Shown: positions 9,428 through 18,302 of the stretch, piece after piece
Layout of the letters: each line of letters begins with the position of its first letter
Numbering within the stretch: position 1 is the stretch's first letter
Assembly (NCBI GenBank): GCA_965228735.1
Contig: OZ245838.1
Location: forward strand, 1,536,001 to 1,600,000
Reading direction: 5' to 3'
DNA: 64,000 bases
From: Planctomycetota bacterium
GTDB taxonomy: Bacteria; Planctomycetota; UBA1135; UBA2386
The notes under the pieces: generated by a model
Databases searched by the model: none
What the model saw: the letters and a program-made list of their open reading frames with translations, nothing else
Told to the model about the DNA's origin: nothing
Made by a program: the position numbers and the translations under genes

Positions 9428-9472
9428 GTGATGGGCAGTCGCGCCCCCCAGGGGGGCGCGACTGCCCATCAC
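9428..9472. repeat. Perfect 22-bp inverted repeat overlapping the rpoD stop codon (terminator-like hairpin)
   Basis: gtgatgggcagtcgcgcccccc-a-ggggggcgcgactgcccatcac; no clear U-tract follows. Confidence 0.85.
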
Positions 9473-11157
9473 CCTGGCAACCCGACGCTGGTATCGAAGA
9501 ACCCGCCGAGCCGCCGCGCCCGCACCGGGTGCTGCAGCTTGCGCACCGCCTTCGCCTCGATCTGACGGACGCGCTCGCGCGTCACGCGGAAGATGCGGCC
9601 GACCTCCTCGAGGGTGTAGGTGTAGCCGTCGCCGATGCCGTAGCGCAGCTTGATGATCTCGCGCTCACGGAACGTCAGCGTGTTGAGCACGTTCTCGATG
9701 CGCTCCCGCAACATCTCGCGGCTCGCCGACTGCACCGGACTCTCGACCGACTCGTCCTCGATGAAATCCCCGAAGTAGGAGTCGTCCGAGTCGCCGATCG
9801 GCCGATCGAGCGAGATCGGGTGCTTGCTGATCTTCATCACGCGCTTGGCCTCGTCGACCGAGACCTGCGCCGCCTCCGCGACCTCCTCGATCGTCGGCTC
9901 GCGGCCCTTGAGCTGCGTGAGCTTCTTGGACACGTTGCGCAGCTTGGACATCGTCTCGATCATGTGGACCGGGATGCGGATCGTCCGCGCCTGGTCCGCG
10001 ATCGAACGCGTGATGGCCTGGCGGATCCACCACGTCGCGTAGGTCGAGAACTTGTAGCCGCGGCGGTACTCGTACTTCTCCACCGCCTTCATCAGGCCGG
10101 TGTTGCCCTCCTGGATGAGGTCGAGGAACGACAGCCCGCGGTTGCGGTACTTCTTCGCGATCGAGACGACGAGGCGCAGGTTGCCCGACGACAGCTTGCG
10201 CTTGGCCTCCTCGTAGTTGGCGTAGGCCTGCCGCACGAACTCGAGGCGCTCCTGCAGTCGATCGATCGTCTCGAGACCGTCCACCTGCATGTCGAACACG
10301 CGGCGCTTGGTCTCGATCGCATCCGGGTTGTTGAGCTGCGCGCCGCGGTAGCGCTGCATGCGCGCCGTGAGCCGCAGCATCTCGGAGATGCGGTTCTCGA
10401 TGAGATCGATCATCGGCCGCACCTTCTTGCCCTGCAGGTTGAGCTCCTCCACGAGCGACACCGCCTTGCGGCGCCGCGAGTAGATGCGCTTCTTGAGTAC
10501 GGCCGCCTGCTTGGTCGCGACCTTGCCGTCCATGAGCGCGCGCGTGTCGTCGCGCGCCGCATCGTAGAGCTTGCGCAACGTCTCGATGTTGCCCGGCAGC
10601 CGATCCGAGAGGTCCGCCTTGCCGATCTCGGGGTCCTGCTGGTTGACCTTGAGCGTGCGGTCGAACGCGAGTTCACCCTTGAGCACGTCCTCGAGGATCT
10701 CGATCGCGTTGCGCATGCCGAAGCCCGACGACAGCACCTCCTTGCGGAACTGCTTGCGCGTGAGCTCGATCTTGCGCGCGAGCGAGATCTCCTCCTCGCG
10801 CGTGAGCAGCGGGATCTCGCCCATCTGCGTCAGGTACATCCGCACCGGGTCGTCGATCTTCTCCGTGATGTCGACGACCGGCGTCGCGATCTCGGCCTCG
10901 GCCGGCTCGGCGATCTCGAGCTCGGCGCCAAGGTCGTCATCGTCCTTGCCCTTCTTCTTGCCCTTGCCCTTCTGGTCGTCCTCGACCACGTCGAGTCCGG
11001 CGTCCTCGATCATTGCCATGGCCGACTCGATCGTCTCGGGCGAACTGCTGTCCTGCGGCAACACGCCGTTCAGCTGCGCGAGCGTCACGGTGCCGGACTT
11101 CTTGTTCGCCTTGATCAGAGCCTTGAGCTTCTTCTGCAGGTCGTTGGGTACTGACAT
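9469..11157 (-). CDS. rpoD: RNA polymerase primary sigma factor (sigma-70)
   Basis: Region 1.2 [12 protein letters not shown]; region 2 [33 protein letters not shown]; region 4 TLEEVG...TRERVRQIE; directly downstream of dnaG. Confidence 0.97.
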   Translation of the reverse strand: MSVPNDLQKKLKALIKANKKSGTVTLAQLNGVLPQDSSSPETIESAMAMIEDAGLDVVEDDQKGKGKKKGKDDDDLGAELEIAEPAEAEIATPVVDITEKIDDPVRMYLTQMGEIPLLTREEEISLARKIELTRKQFRKEVLSSGFGMRNAIEILEDVLKGELAFDRTLKVNQQDPEIGKADLSDRLPGNIETLRKLYDAARDDTRALMDGKVATKQAAVLKKRIYSRRRKAVSLVEELNLQGKKVRPMIDLIENRISEMLRLTARMQRYRGAQLNNPDAIETKRRVFDMQVDGLETIDRLQERLEFVRQAYANYEEAKRKLSSGNLRLVVSIAKKYRNRGLSFLDLIQEGNTGLMKAVEKYEYRRGYKFSTYATWWIRQAITRSIADQARTIRIPVHMIETMSKLRNVSKKLTQLKGREPTIEEVAEAAQVSVDEAKRVMKISKHPISLDRPIGDSDDSYFGDFIEDESVESPVQSASREMLRERIENVLNTLTFREREIIKLRYGIGDGYTYTLEEVGRIFRVTRERVRQIEAKAVRKLQHPVRARRLGGFFDTSVGLPG

Positions 11158-11262
11158 TGGTATTCGGGGGCTCGGCTCGCTCGGGCGGCGGCGTGGGGTC
11201 GCCGGTTCGCCCGTTCGGCACGGGCCGAGGGTTTCATTGCCGGTTTGGGTAGGGTGCCCTGG

Positions 11263-11306
11263 GGTGGGATGCGGGTGGGATGCGGATGGAATGCGTATAG
11301 GACGCC
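11263..11306. repeat. Degenerate 11-bp tandem repeat in the dnaG-rpoD spacer
   Basis: ggtgggatgcg ggtgggatgcg gatggaatgcg tataggacgcc. Confidence 0.7.
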
Positions 11307-11312
11307 GGGAGG

Positions 11313-13436
11313 TTACGAATCGGGTCCGGAGTCCGGAGCCTCGGGCGGGAGGGGTTCAGAGGTTGGCAGGGCCGAGTCGACAACGCCGTCCGGCGAGTCG
11401 CCCGCGGCAGCGGCGGCTGCCGACGCCGAGTCCTGCGCGCGTGCTGAACCGACGCCGAAACGCGGCGGCGGCCCCTTCTTGGGCCGGTCCTCGACCGGGC
11501 CCGGGTCGGTCTTGCGCGGCCGATCCTGGCGCATCGCGGCGAGCAGCTGCGCCTGCAGCGCATCCGCGCGCTCGCGGTCACCCGCGGCCATCGCCTGCGC
11601 GAACTCCTGGCGCAACTGCCGGAGCTCGGGCTTGCGGTTCTGCCGGGACCGGGCATCGCGCAGACCGCGCCACAACGCCTCGGCGTCGGGAATGGTCTCC
11701 GACCGCCGCGCCGCCGTCGCCAGCACGGACCGCAGGCCGGCGGCCTCGGTCACGCGCGTGAACAGGTACTTCACGAGCTCGTTGCTCGAGTTGCGCCCGA
11801 GGCCGAGACCGTCGGTCACCATGCCGAGCAGCTCGCGCACGGGCCCGAACTCGAACGCCTCGTCGAGCATGTCCGGGGCCCCTTCGAGGAGCGTCGGGTC
11901 CGCGAGGACGCATGCCAACAGTTCGACCTCACCGCGCGCGCGCAGGCTGACCGGCTCGGGAGCGAGCTCGGGGTGGCCGCCGCTCGCCATATCGTGATGG
12001 CGCGGCTCGGGCGTGCCGAACTCTCCATCGAGCGGCGGCCCGTCGGGCACGCCACCAAGACGCTCCGACGCGACCATCCGACGCCGTGGCGCGCGCGCGA
12101 GCAGCCGCTCGAACGTCGGCTCGGGCACCGCGAGATGACTCGCCATCGCCTGCCGCAACGCGGCCTGCTTCACCGGGTTCTCGACGACCTGCAGGATCTC
12201 GACGCACTCACCGGCGGCCGCCTCGACGTTGACCGCGTCGCTGAGATCGAGGCGATCCCGCAGCAACCGGAACCACACCGTGAGCGAGTCCTCGGCCGAA
12301 TCCACGATGTCCGCGAAGCGCACGCGCTGCTCGTCGACGAGCTCGGGATCATCACCGGGCCGCAGCGCGACGAGATCGGCCGGGTCCTTGATGCCGTCGC
12401 CGGCGTCACTCATCACCGCCATGCGCACGCTGAGCCGGCTGTTGACGAGCTCGCGCATCGCCTTCGCCGCGGCGTTGCGGCCGGCGCGATCACCGTCGAA
12501 CATGAGCACGATGCCGTCGCTCGCGTAGCGCTCGACGAGTCGCGCGTGATCCGTGGTGAATGCCGTGCCGAGCGTCGCGACCGCGCCGCGGAAGCCGGCG
12601 AGGTGGCACGCGATCACATCCGTGTAGCCTTCCATCACGAGCAGCTTGCGCTCGCCCGCGCGCTTCACGTGCGGCAGCCCGAACAGTACGCGCCGCTTGT
12701 TGAAGATCGGCGACTCCGGCGAGTTGAGATACTTCGGCGGCTTGAAGTCGGCGCTGCCCTCGGCGTGCCGGCTGCCCGGCACGACGCGCCCGCCGAACGC
12801 CACGATGCGGCCGCGCTCGTCCGCGATCGGAAAAATGATGCGACCGGCGAACGCTTCGTTGCCGTTCTTCAGCAGACCCGCGTCCTCGAGCACCTGGCGC
12901 GGCAGCTTGCGTTCGCGCGCGAACTCGGTGAGCGACCCGCGGCGCTCCGGATGGTAGCCGAGCTGCCACGGCTCGATCGCGTCCTCGAGCCCGCGGCTCA
13001 CGAGATACTCGAGCGCGTCCTTGCCCTGCGGCCCCATGAGCTGCTGCCCGAGGAACCCGGCGACCTCGGCGAGCACCTTGAACGGATCGGGCCCGCGCTT
13101 GCGGTCACGCCGGTCGCCCCCACCAGAGGCACCGCGGCCGAAGACACCTTCGAGCGAGATCCCGACGCGGTCCGCGAGCACCTCGACGGCCTCGCGGAAG
13201 CCGAGCCCGTCACGCTCCATGAGCCACGTGAAGACGTCCCCGTTCTTGCCGCAGCCGAAGCAGTGGAAGAACTGCTTCTCGCGGCTCACCGAGAACGACG
13301 CCGTGTTCTCCTGGTGGAACGGGCACCGCGCCATGTAGTCGCGCCCCTTCTGCTTGAGCGGGAGGTAGCCCTCGATCAGGGTGACCAGATCGGTGGCCTC
13401 CTTGATGCGCAGTTTGACTTCCTCGAGGCGGTCCAT
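11313..13436 (-). CDS. dnaG: DNA primase
   Basis: CHC2 Zn finger CPFH...[20 protein letters not shown] motifs EGYTD and FDGDRAG. Confidence 0.97.
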   Translation of the reverse strand: MDRLEEVKLRIKEATDLVTLIEGYLPLKQKGRDYMARCPFHQENTASFSVSREKQFFHCFGCGKNGDVFTWLMERDGLGFREAVEVLADRVGISLEGVFGRGASGGGDRRDRKRGPDPFKVLAEVAGFLGQQLMGPQGKDALEYLVSRGLEDAIEPWQLGYHPERRGSLTEFARERKLPRQVLEDAGLLKNGNEAFAGRIIFPIADERGRIVAFGGRVVPGSRHAEGSADFKPPKYLNSPESPIFNKRRVLFGLPHVKRAGERKLLVMEGYTDVIACHLAGFRGAVATLGTAFTTDHARLVERYASDGIVLMFDGDRAGRNAAAKAMRELVNSRLSVRMAVMSDAGDGIKDPADLVALRPGDDPELVDEQRVRFADIVDSAEDSLTVWFRLLRDRLDLSDAVNVEAAAGECVEILQVVENPVKQAALRQAMASHLAVPEPTFERLLARAPRRRMVASERLGGVPDGPPLDGEFGTPEPRHHDMASGGHPELAPEPVSLRARGEVELLACVLADPTLLEGAPDMLDEAFEFGPVRELLGMVTDGLGLGRNSSNELVKYLFTRVTEAAGLRSVLATAARRSETIPDAEALWRGLRDARSRQNRKPELRQLRQEFAQAMAAGDRERADALQAQLLAAMRQDRPRKTDPGPVEDRPKKGPPPRFGVGSARAQDSASAAAAAAGDSPDGVVDSALPTSEPLPPEAPDSGPDS

Positions 13437-13603
13437 GGCGGTGCGGGGCGAGCGGGCGGTCGAGCTAGAAGCGTCGAAAACCAGCGGAAACGGTCATTCA
13501 GAGCGTCAGACAGAATCTCGATTGCGAACCGGCGAATCGAGAACACGGTGGAGCGCAACGAGCGATGCCACCGCAGAAACCGGCAACGGAAGGATAGCCC
13601 GTG

Positions 13604-13772
13604 AGCCCGGGCGGGGACGGCCGTTACATGCACGATCCAACCGCTACCGGCGTGCCGTTACGGCGCCTGCTCGCGAGTCGTCCTACCCCAACCTGCTCAC
13701 CGCCCTCAGAGCTGGCGCCGCCTGGCAGGCCCAGCCCGCGTCCGGGTATGATCTGTCGCTTGTCCCGGGGCC
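13604..13772 (-). ncRNA. Candidate structured RNA (6S-like RNA or dnaG 5' leader)
   Basis: Ends can pair (CCCGGG at 13606-13611 with 13764-13769, with further imperfect pairing); internal hairpins at 13649-13667 and 13711-13735. Lies just downstream of a sigma70-like promoter. Strand inferred from that promoter. Confidence 0.4.
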
Positions 13773-13794
13773 GCTGCGAGTTGTCGAACCTCGC

Positions 13795-13822
13795 TTTGTA
13801 GCACGGCCTAGGTGCGCGTCAA
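13795..13822 (-). promoter_or_regulatory. Sigma70-like promoter pointing toward dnaG
   Basis: Minus strand TTGACG-N16-TACAAA, with TG one base before the -10 box. Confidence 0.55.
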
Positions 13823-14019
13823 GGGCCGGTGGCGGAATTCGGTAGCAAGCTGCGGCGCGGCGACGCACGTCGCAGCCGCGGTCCACCGGGCCAGCCCCGC
13901 ATGCCCGGCCCGGCGTGGCCGGGACATCGCCAGCGGCGCGGATCCCGCGATGGCAACGCGGCCTAAAGTGCGGCGGGCGTCCGTGTCGAACAGGTCGACA
14001 GCTACACATTCCCGCCACG

Positions 14020-16089
14020 ATGCCGTCTCCCGAGGCCCCAAGCCCCCCATCGATCCTGACCCTGTTCGAGGCTCTGGCGGACGCGTTCTGGACCAAGGCC
14101 CCGGGTCAACCGCTGCACTGCAGCCGATCGCTGCTCGAGCTCTACGGCGTCAGCCCGACCGAGCTGCAGAGCCAGCCGCTCGCCTGGCTCCGGGCGGTTC
14201 ATCCGACCGACCGCGAGTTCGCCGAACGGTCGGCCACCGAATTGACCGAACGGGGCGCGGCCCGCGCGCTGTATCGCATCGTGCGACCCGATGGCGAGAT
14301 TCGCTGGATCGACGATCAGAAGGCCCTCGTCGAGACCGCGGACGGCCCGATCAAGGGCGGCATCTGTCGCGATGTCACCGAGAAGAAGTCGGCCGAGGAG
14401 CGCTCCTACCTCCAGCAGACCGTGCTCGGGGCCATCGCGACCGGCACCGGCAGCCGCGGCCCGCTCGAACTGCTGTGCCGCGAGCTCGAGCGCATGGTGC
14501 CGCAAGCAGTCGCCACGATCCTGCTGCTCGACGACGAACAGCGCCTGCGCGTCGCCGCCGCTCCCGGCTGCGATCAGGAGCTCAGGGAAGCGATCGACGG
14601 CCTCGTTCCCGGCCGCAACGTCGGCTCCTGCGGCACGGCCGCGTTCACCGGCGTGCCCTGCTACGTCGACGACACGATGGCCGATGTGCGCTGGGAGGCG
14701 CTGCGCGAAGCCGCCGAGCACTTCGGCATCCGATCGTGCTGGTCGATCCCGATCCGCGACCCGGACGATCGCGTGCTGGGAACGATCGCGATCTCGAGCT
14801 TCGTGCGGCGCGCCTCGACCATCGCGCACAAGCAGCTCCTCGAGGCCGGCGCCAACCTCGCCCAGGTCGCGTTGCAGCACGACCGGTATCTGTCGCAACT
14901 GGTGAACGCCAAGACCGAAGCCGAGTCCGGCACGCGGGCGAAGAGCGAGATCCTCGCCAACGTCAGCCACGAGCTGCGCACGCCGCTCACGGCGATCCTC
15001 GGCTTCACCGAGCTGATCCTCGACGGCAACCCACCGGCACAGCTCCTCGACCAGCTCGAAACGATCCGGGACAGCGGCACCCACCTGTTGACCGTCATCA
15101 ACGACCTGCTCGACGTCTCCAAGGTCGAGGCCGGCCGCATCGAGCTCGAGCCCGAAGCCTGCTCGTTCCGCGAGGTCCTGCGCGAGGCCGTTCTGCCGTT
15201 CGAGGACGCGATCGCCAAGAAGGGGATCGAGCTCGAGATCACCGGGACCGAATCGCTGCCGACGAATGCGTTCACGGACCCCACGCGACTGCGCCAGATC
15301 CTGCTCAACCTGCTGAGCAACGCCGTCAAGTTCAGCGAGCACGGTCGGATCGAGATCGAGTGCAGCGCCGAGCCGGCGACGGAGTCGAGCGTGACGGTCC
15401 GCATCGCGGTCTCCGACACCGGTCTCGGCATCGCCGCGGCCGACCTCGAGCGCATCTTCCAGCCATTCAGTCAGGCGGACGCATCCACGTCCCGCCGGTT
15501 CGGCGGGACCGGCCTCGGCCTGACGCTGAGTCGCAAGCTCGCCCGGCTGTTGCGTGGCGACCTGAGCGTCGAGAGCGTTCTCGGACGCGGCAGCACCTTC
15601 ACGTTGACCATGGCGGTCCCGCTGTCCGCGAATACGGCGCCGCCGTCCGCGACTCAGGACGGGAGGACGCCCGCCGCCCCGTCACCCGGCAACCGACTCG
15701 CCTGCCGCGTTCTCGTGGTCGAGGACACGCCGATGCTCCGCCGGTACGTCGAGACCGTCCTGCGCCGGGCCGGCGCCGAGGTCGAGGTCGCCGACGACGG
15801 CGATCTCGGCTGCCGGGCCGCGCTCGCAGCCGAGGAGGACCGCCCGTTCGACGTCGTCGTGATGGACATGCAGATGCCCGTGATGAACGGGTACGATGCG
15901 ACCCGCAACCTGCGCTCGAGCGGCTTCCGCCGTCCGATCCTCGCGCTCACGGCCCGGGCTCAGACCGGCGATGCGGAGCGCTGCCTCGAAGCGGGCTGCG
16001 ACCGGTACCTGTCGAAGCCGACCCGCCCGGCGGAGCTGATCGATGCCGTGGCGCGGCTGTCCCGCGCGGCTCGACCACCGCAGACCTGA
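14020..16089 (+). CDS. Hybrid sensor histidine kinase (PAS-GAF-HisKA-HATPase-REC)
   Basis: VHPTDRE/YRIVRPDGEIRWI (PAS), GSCGTAAF/SCWSIPI (GAF), SHELRTPL, NLLSNAVKF, GGTGLGL, MDMQMPVMNG. Start estimated at ATG 14020. Confidence 0.95.
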   Translation: MPSPEAPSPPSILTLFEALADAFWTKAPGQPLHCSRSLLELYGVSPTELQSQPLAWLRAVHPTDREFAERSATELTERGAARALYRIVRPDGEIRWIDDQKALVETADGPIKGGICRDVTEKKSAEERSYLQQTVLGAIATGTGSRGPLELLCRELERMVPQAVATILLLDDEQRLRVAAAPGCDQELREAIDGLVPGRNVGSCGTAAFTGVPCYVDDTMADVRWEALREAAEHFGIRSCWSIPIRDPDDRVLGTIAISSFVRRASTIAHKQLLEAGANLAQVALQHDRYLSQLVNAKTEAESGTRAKSEILANVSHELRTPLTAILGFTELILDGNPPAQLLDQLETIRDSGTHLLTVINDLLDVSKVEAGRIELEPEACSFREVLREAVLPFEDAIAKKGIELEITGTESLPTNAFTDPTRLRQILLNLLSNAVKFSEHGRIEIECSAEPATESSVTVRIAVSDTGLGIAAADLERIFQPFSQADASTSRRFGGTGLGLTLSRKLARLLRGDLSVESVLGRGSTFTLTMAVPLSANTAPPSATQDGRTPAAPSPGNRLACRVLVVEDTPMLRRYVETVLRRAGAEVEVADDGDLGCRAALAAEEDRPFDVVVMDMQMPVMNGYDATRNLRSSGFRRPILALTARAQTGDAERCLEAGCDRYLSKPTRPAELIDAVARLSRAARPPQT

Positions 16090-16187
16090 CGCGAGGATCG
16101 GCGCGCGGCAGCGAGAATCTCCGAATTCTCGGCTCGCTCGGACGCAGCAGCGGCGACGCCCGCCCGCGCGGGCGCAACCGTCGCCCC

Positions 16188-16826
16188 ATGCCGACTGCCG
16201 ACCCCGACCCTCCGGCTCCGACCGCGACCGAAGCGATCGTCCGCCTCGGCGGCCGCGCGATCGCCGCCGGCGCCGCACTGTTCTTCGTTGCAGGCGCCGT
16301 GCTGTCGCCGCTGATGACGACCGACGCGCCCGAGTCCGAGTTGCGAACTTCGACGGTCTACCTCGTGCGGATGACCGTCGCGACGCTGGGCCTCGCGCTG
16401 CTCGCGTTCGGGAGCGCCGGCCTGCGCCCGCTGCTGCGCCCCGGCTTCTGGAACAGCGCCCCGATCGTGACGGCAGCCCTCGGTGCGACGGCGTTCGCGG
16501 CGCTCGAGTGGTCCAACCTGTTCGTGATGAGCGCGATCGCGGCCACCGCGCCCGCCGCACTCGCGGGGCTCGACGAGGCTCCGTGGTTCACTCCGGGATT
16601 CATCGGTTCGGCATCGCTGTTCGCGATCGGCTGGCTCTGGCTGATGATCGCCGCCGCCGTCTCCGTGCCGCACCTGCGAGTGCCCGCCATCGTGGCTGCC
16701 GTTGGCATGCTGGTCACGCCGGCACTCGTCGCGGCCGGCGGCATCGGCGCGATCACCGGCGCCACTATCGTCGCTGGCGGGCTGTTCGTGACGGGTGTTC
16801 GGACCGCGGCGTCGGCCGACGCTTGA
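16188..16826 (+). CDS. Integral membrane protein of unknown function
   Basis: 3' part of ORF 13812..16826, from MPTADPD; about 6 hydrophobic helices. Confidence 0.7.
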   Translation: MPTADPDPPAPTATEAIVRLGGRAIAAGAALFFVAGAVLSPLMTTDAPESELRTSTVYLVRMTVATLGLALLAFGSAGLRPLLRPGFWNSAPIVTAALGATAFAALEWSNLFVMSAIAATAPAALAGLDEAPWFTPGFIGSASLFAIGWLWLMIAAAVSVPHLRVPAIVAAVGMLVTPALVAAGGIGAITGATIVAGGLFVTGVRTAASADA

Positions 16827-16885
16827 ATCCGAGGAGTCCCGCACCGAAAGCGCAGCGGCCCATGCATTGATAGTATGGCACAACC

Positions 16886-17266
16886 ATGGAGCCCGCCGTG
16901 CAGTTGAGCGACATGAAGCGCGCGATCGCGCACCAGCCTTTTCGGCCTTTCCGCGTGTTCGTGTCCGACGGGAGCTCGCACGAGATCAGCGACCCCGACC
17001 ACGTGTTGCTGTTCAAGCACACGTTGATCATCGGCCTCGTGGACGACGGCGAGGACGTGCCCGAGCGGGCGGTCTACTGCGACACGATGCACATCACGCG
17101 GCTCGAGACGGTCGAGCCGGAGCCACCGGCCGACCAACTCAGCGCGTCGACCGCGCGGCCTCGCGTCCGGCGGTCGGGTCGCGCCAGGCGAATCGTCCCA
17201 GCGCCGGCGAGCCGCGCCCCTCGACCGCGTCCGCGATCCAGCCGCCGAGCAACGGCGCGAACTTGA
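16886..17266 (+). CDS. Small conserved hypothetical protein (QPFRPF family)
   Basis: HQPFRPFRVFVSDGSSHEISDPD...HITRLE resembles a small family I recognise from Planctomycetes. The 3' tail overlaps the convergent gene. Confidence 0.7.
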   Translation: MEPAVQLSDMKRAIAHQPFRPFRVFVSDGSSHEISDPDHVLLFKHTLIIGLVDDGEDVPERAVYCDTMHITRLETVEPEPPADQLSASTARPRVRRSGRARRIVPAPASRAPRPRPRSSRRATART

Positions 17267-18293
17267 AGCCGTGGCCGCTGCCGCCAGCCGCGACGAACAG
17301 GCCCGGCCGTTCGGGCACGGCGGTGATCCAGAAGTCGCCGTCCAGGCTGTCGCAGTAGAAGCACACGCGCTGCTCGACGAGCTCGGCGGTCGCGAGCGCC
17401 GGGATGTGGCGCGCCAGGAACTCCCGCGCGCGCGCCTCGAGGCCCGGGTCGGGCGTGTGATCACCCGGGGCGCGGCGGATGCCGGAGCCGTGGTGCGCCA
17501 CCTTGACGAGGCCGTCTACGGCCGGGAACCCGTACCAACCGAGGCCGCCGATGTCCCAGGCCCAGATCGGCAGGCATTCGGCGAACGGCCGCGGGTCGTC
17601 GGGCCGCAGCCAGAGCACGGTCTGGGCATTCGCGTCGAGCACGGGTGACATCGCCGGCAGCAGGGCCGGCGTGAACGCGCCCGTCGCGAGGACGACCGCG
17701 TCGGCTGCGAGGCGACGGCCATCGCGCAGGTCGACACCGGTCACCGGCGCCGGTGCGTCGCCAAGGCTCGCGATCGACGCGTTCGGCACGAGCTCGACGC
17801 CGGCCGCAGCGGCTTCGACGAGCAGCAACTCCACGACGCGACCCGCGCGCGCGAAGCCTGCCGCCGGGTTGAGGTACCCGTCGACCCACTCGGTCGCCGC
17901 GATCATCGGGAAGCGCTTCTCCACGTCGGTCCGGTGCAACCGTTCGACCGGTTCGCCGCGTTCGTGCAGCATCCGGAAGCTGTCGGCCTCGAAGCTCGCG
18001 CCGTCGAGGCTGGCGGCGGCAGCGAACAGGAACCCCGTCTCCGCGTAGACCGACTGCCCGAAGCGATCGTTCCACTGCCGCCACTGCGCGCGCGCGGCCG
18101 CCGCCTGATCGATGTAGAACCGGTCCGCCCCGTAGTCGAGCCGCACCGCGCGGCTGCGATCGACCGAGGAGCCGTTCGGGTTCGGCGCCGGCAACGGGGC
18201 GCGGTCGACGAGCTGCACCGCATGCCCCCGCCGCCGCAGCTCGAGCGCCGCGGTCACCCCGAACACACCCGCGCCGACGACGACGATTCGCAC
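17139..18293 (-). CDS. FAD-dependent oxidoreductase, sarcosine/fructosyl-amino-acid oxidase family
   Basis: VVGAGVFG dinucleotide fold, RVCFYCD, SGHGFKFAPLLG. Confidence 0.9.
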   Translation of the reverse strand: MRIVVVGAGVFGVTAALELRRRGHAVQLVDRAPLPAPNPNGSSVDRSRAVRLDYGADRFYIDQAAAARAQWRQWNDRFGQSVYAETGFLFAAAASLDGASFEADSFRMLHERGEPVERLHRTDVEKRFPMIAATEWVDGYLNPAAGFARAGRVVELLLVEAAAAGVELVPNASIASLGDAPAPVTGVDLRDGRRLAADAVVLATGAFTPALLPAMSPVLDANAQTVLWLRPDDPRPFAECLPIWAWDIGGLGWYGFPAVDGLVKVAHHGSGIRRAPGDHTPDPGLEARAREFLARHIPALATAELVEQRVCFYCDSLDGDFWITAVPERPGLFVAAGGSGHGFKFAPLLGGWIADAVEGRGSPALGRFAWRDPTAGREAARSTR

Positions 18294-18302
18294 GCCCGAA
18301 GG

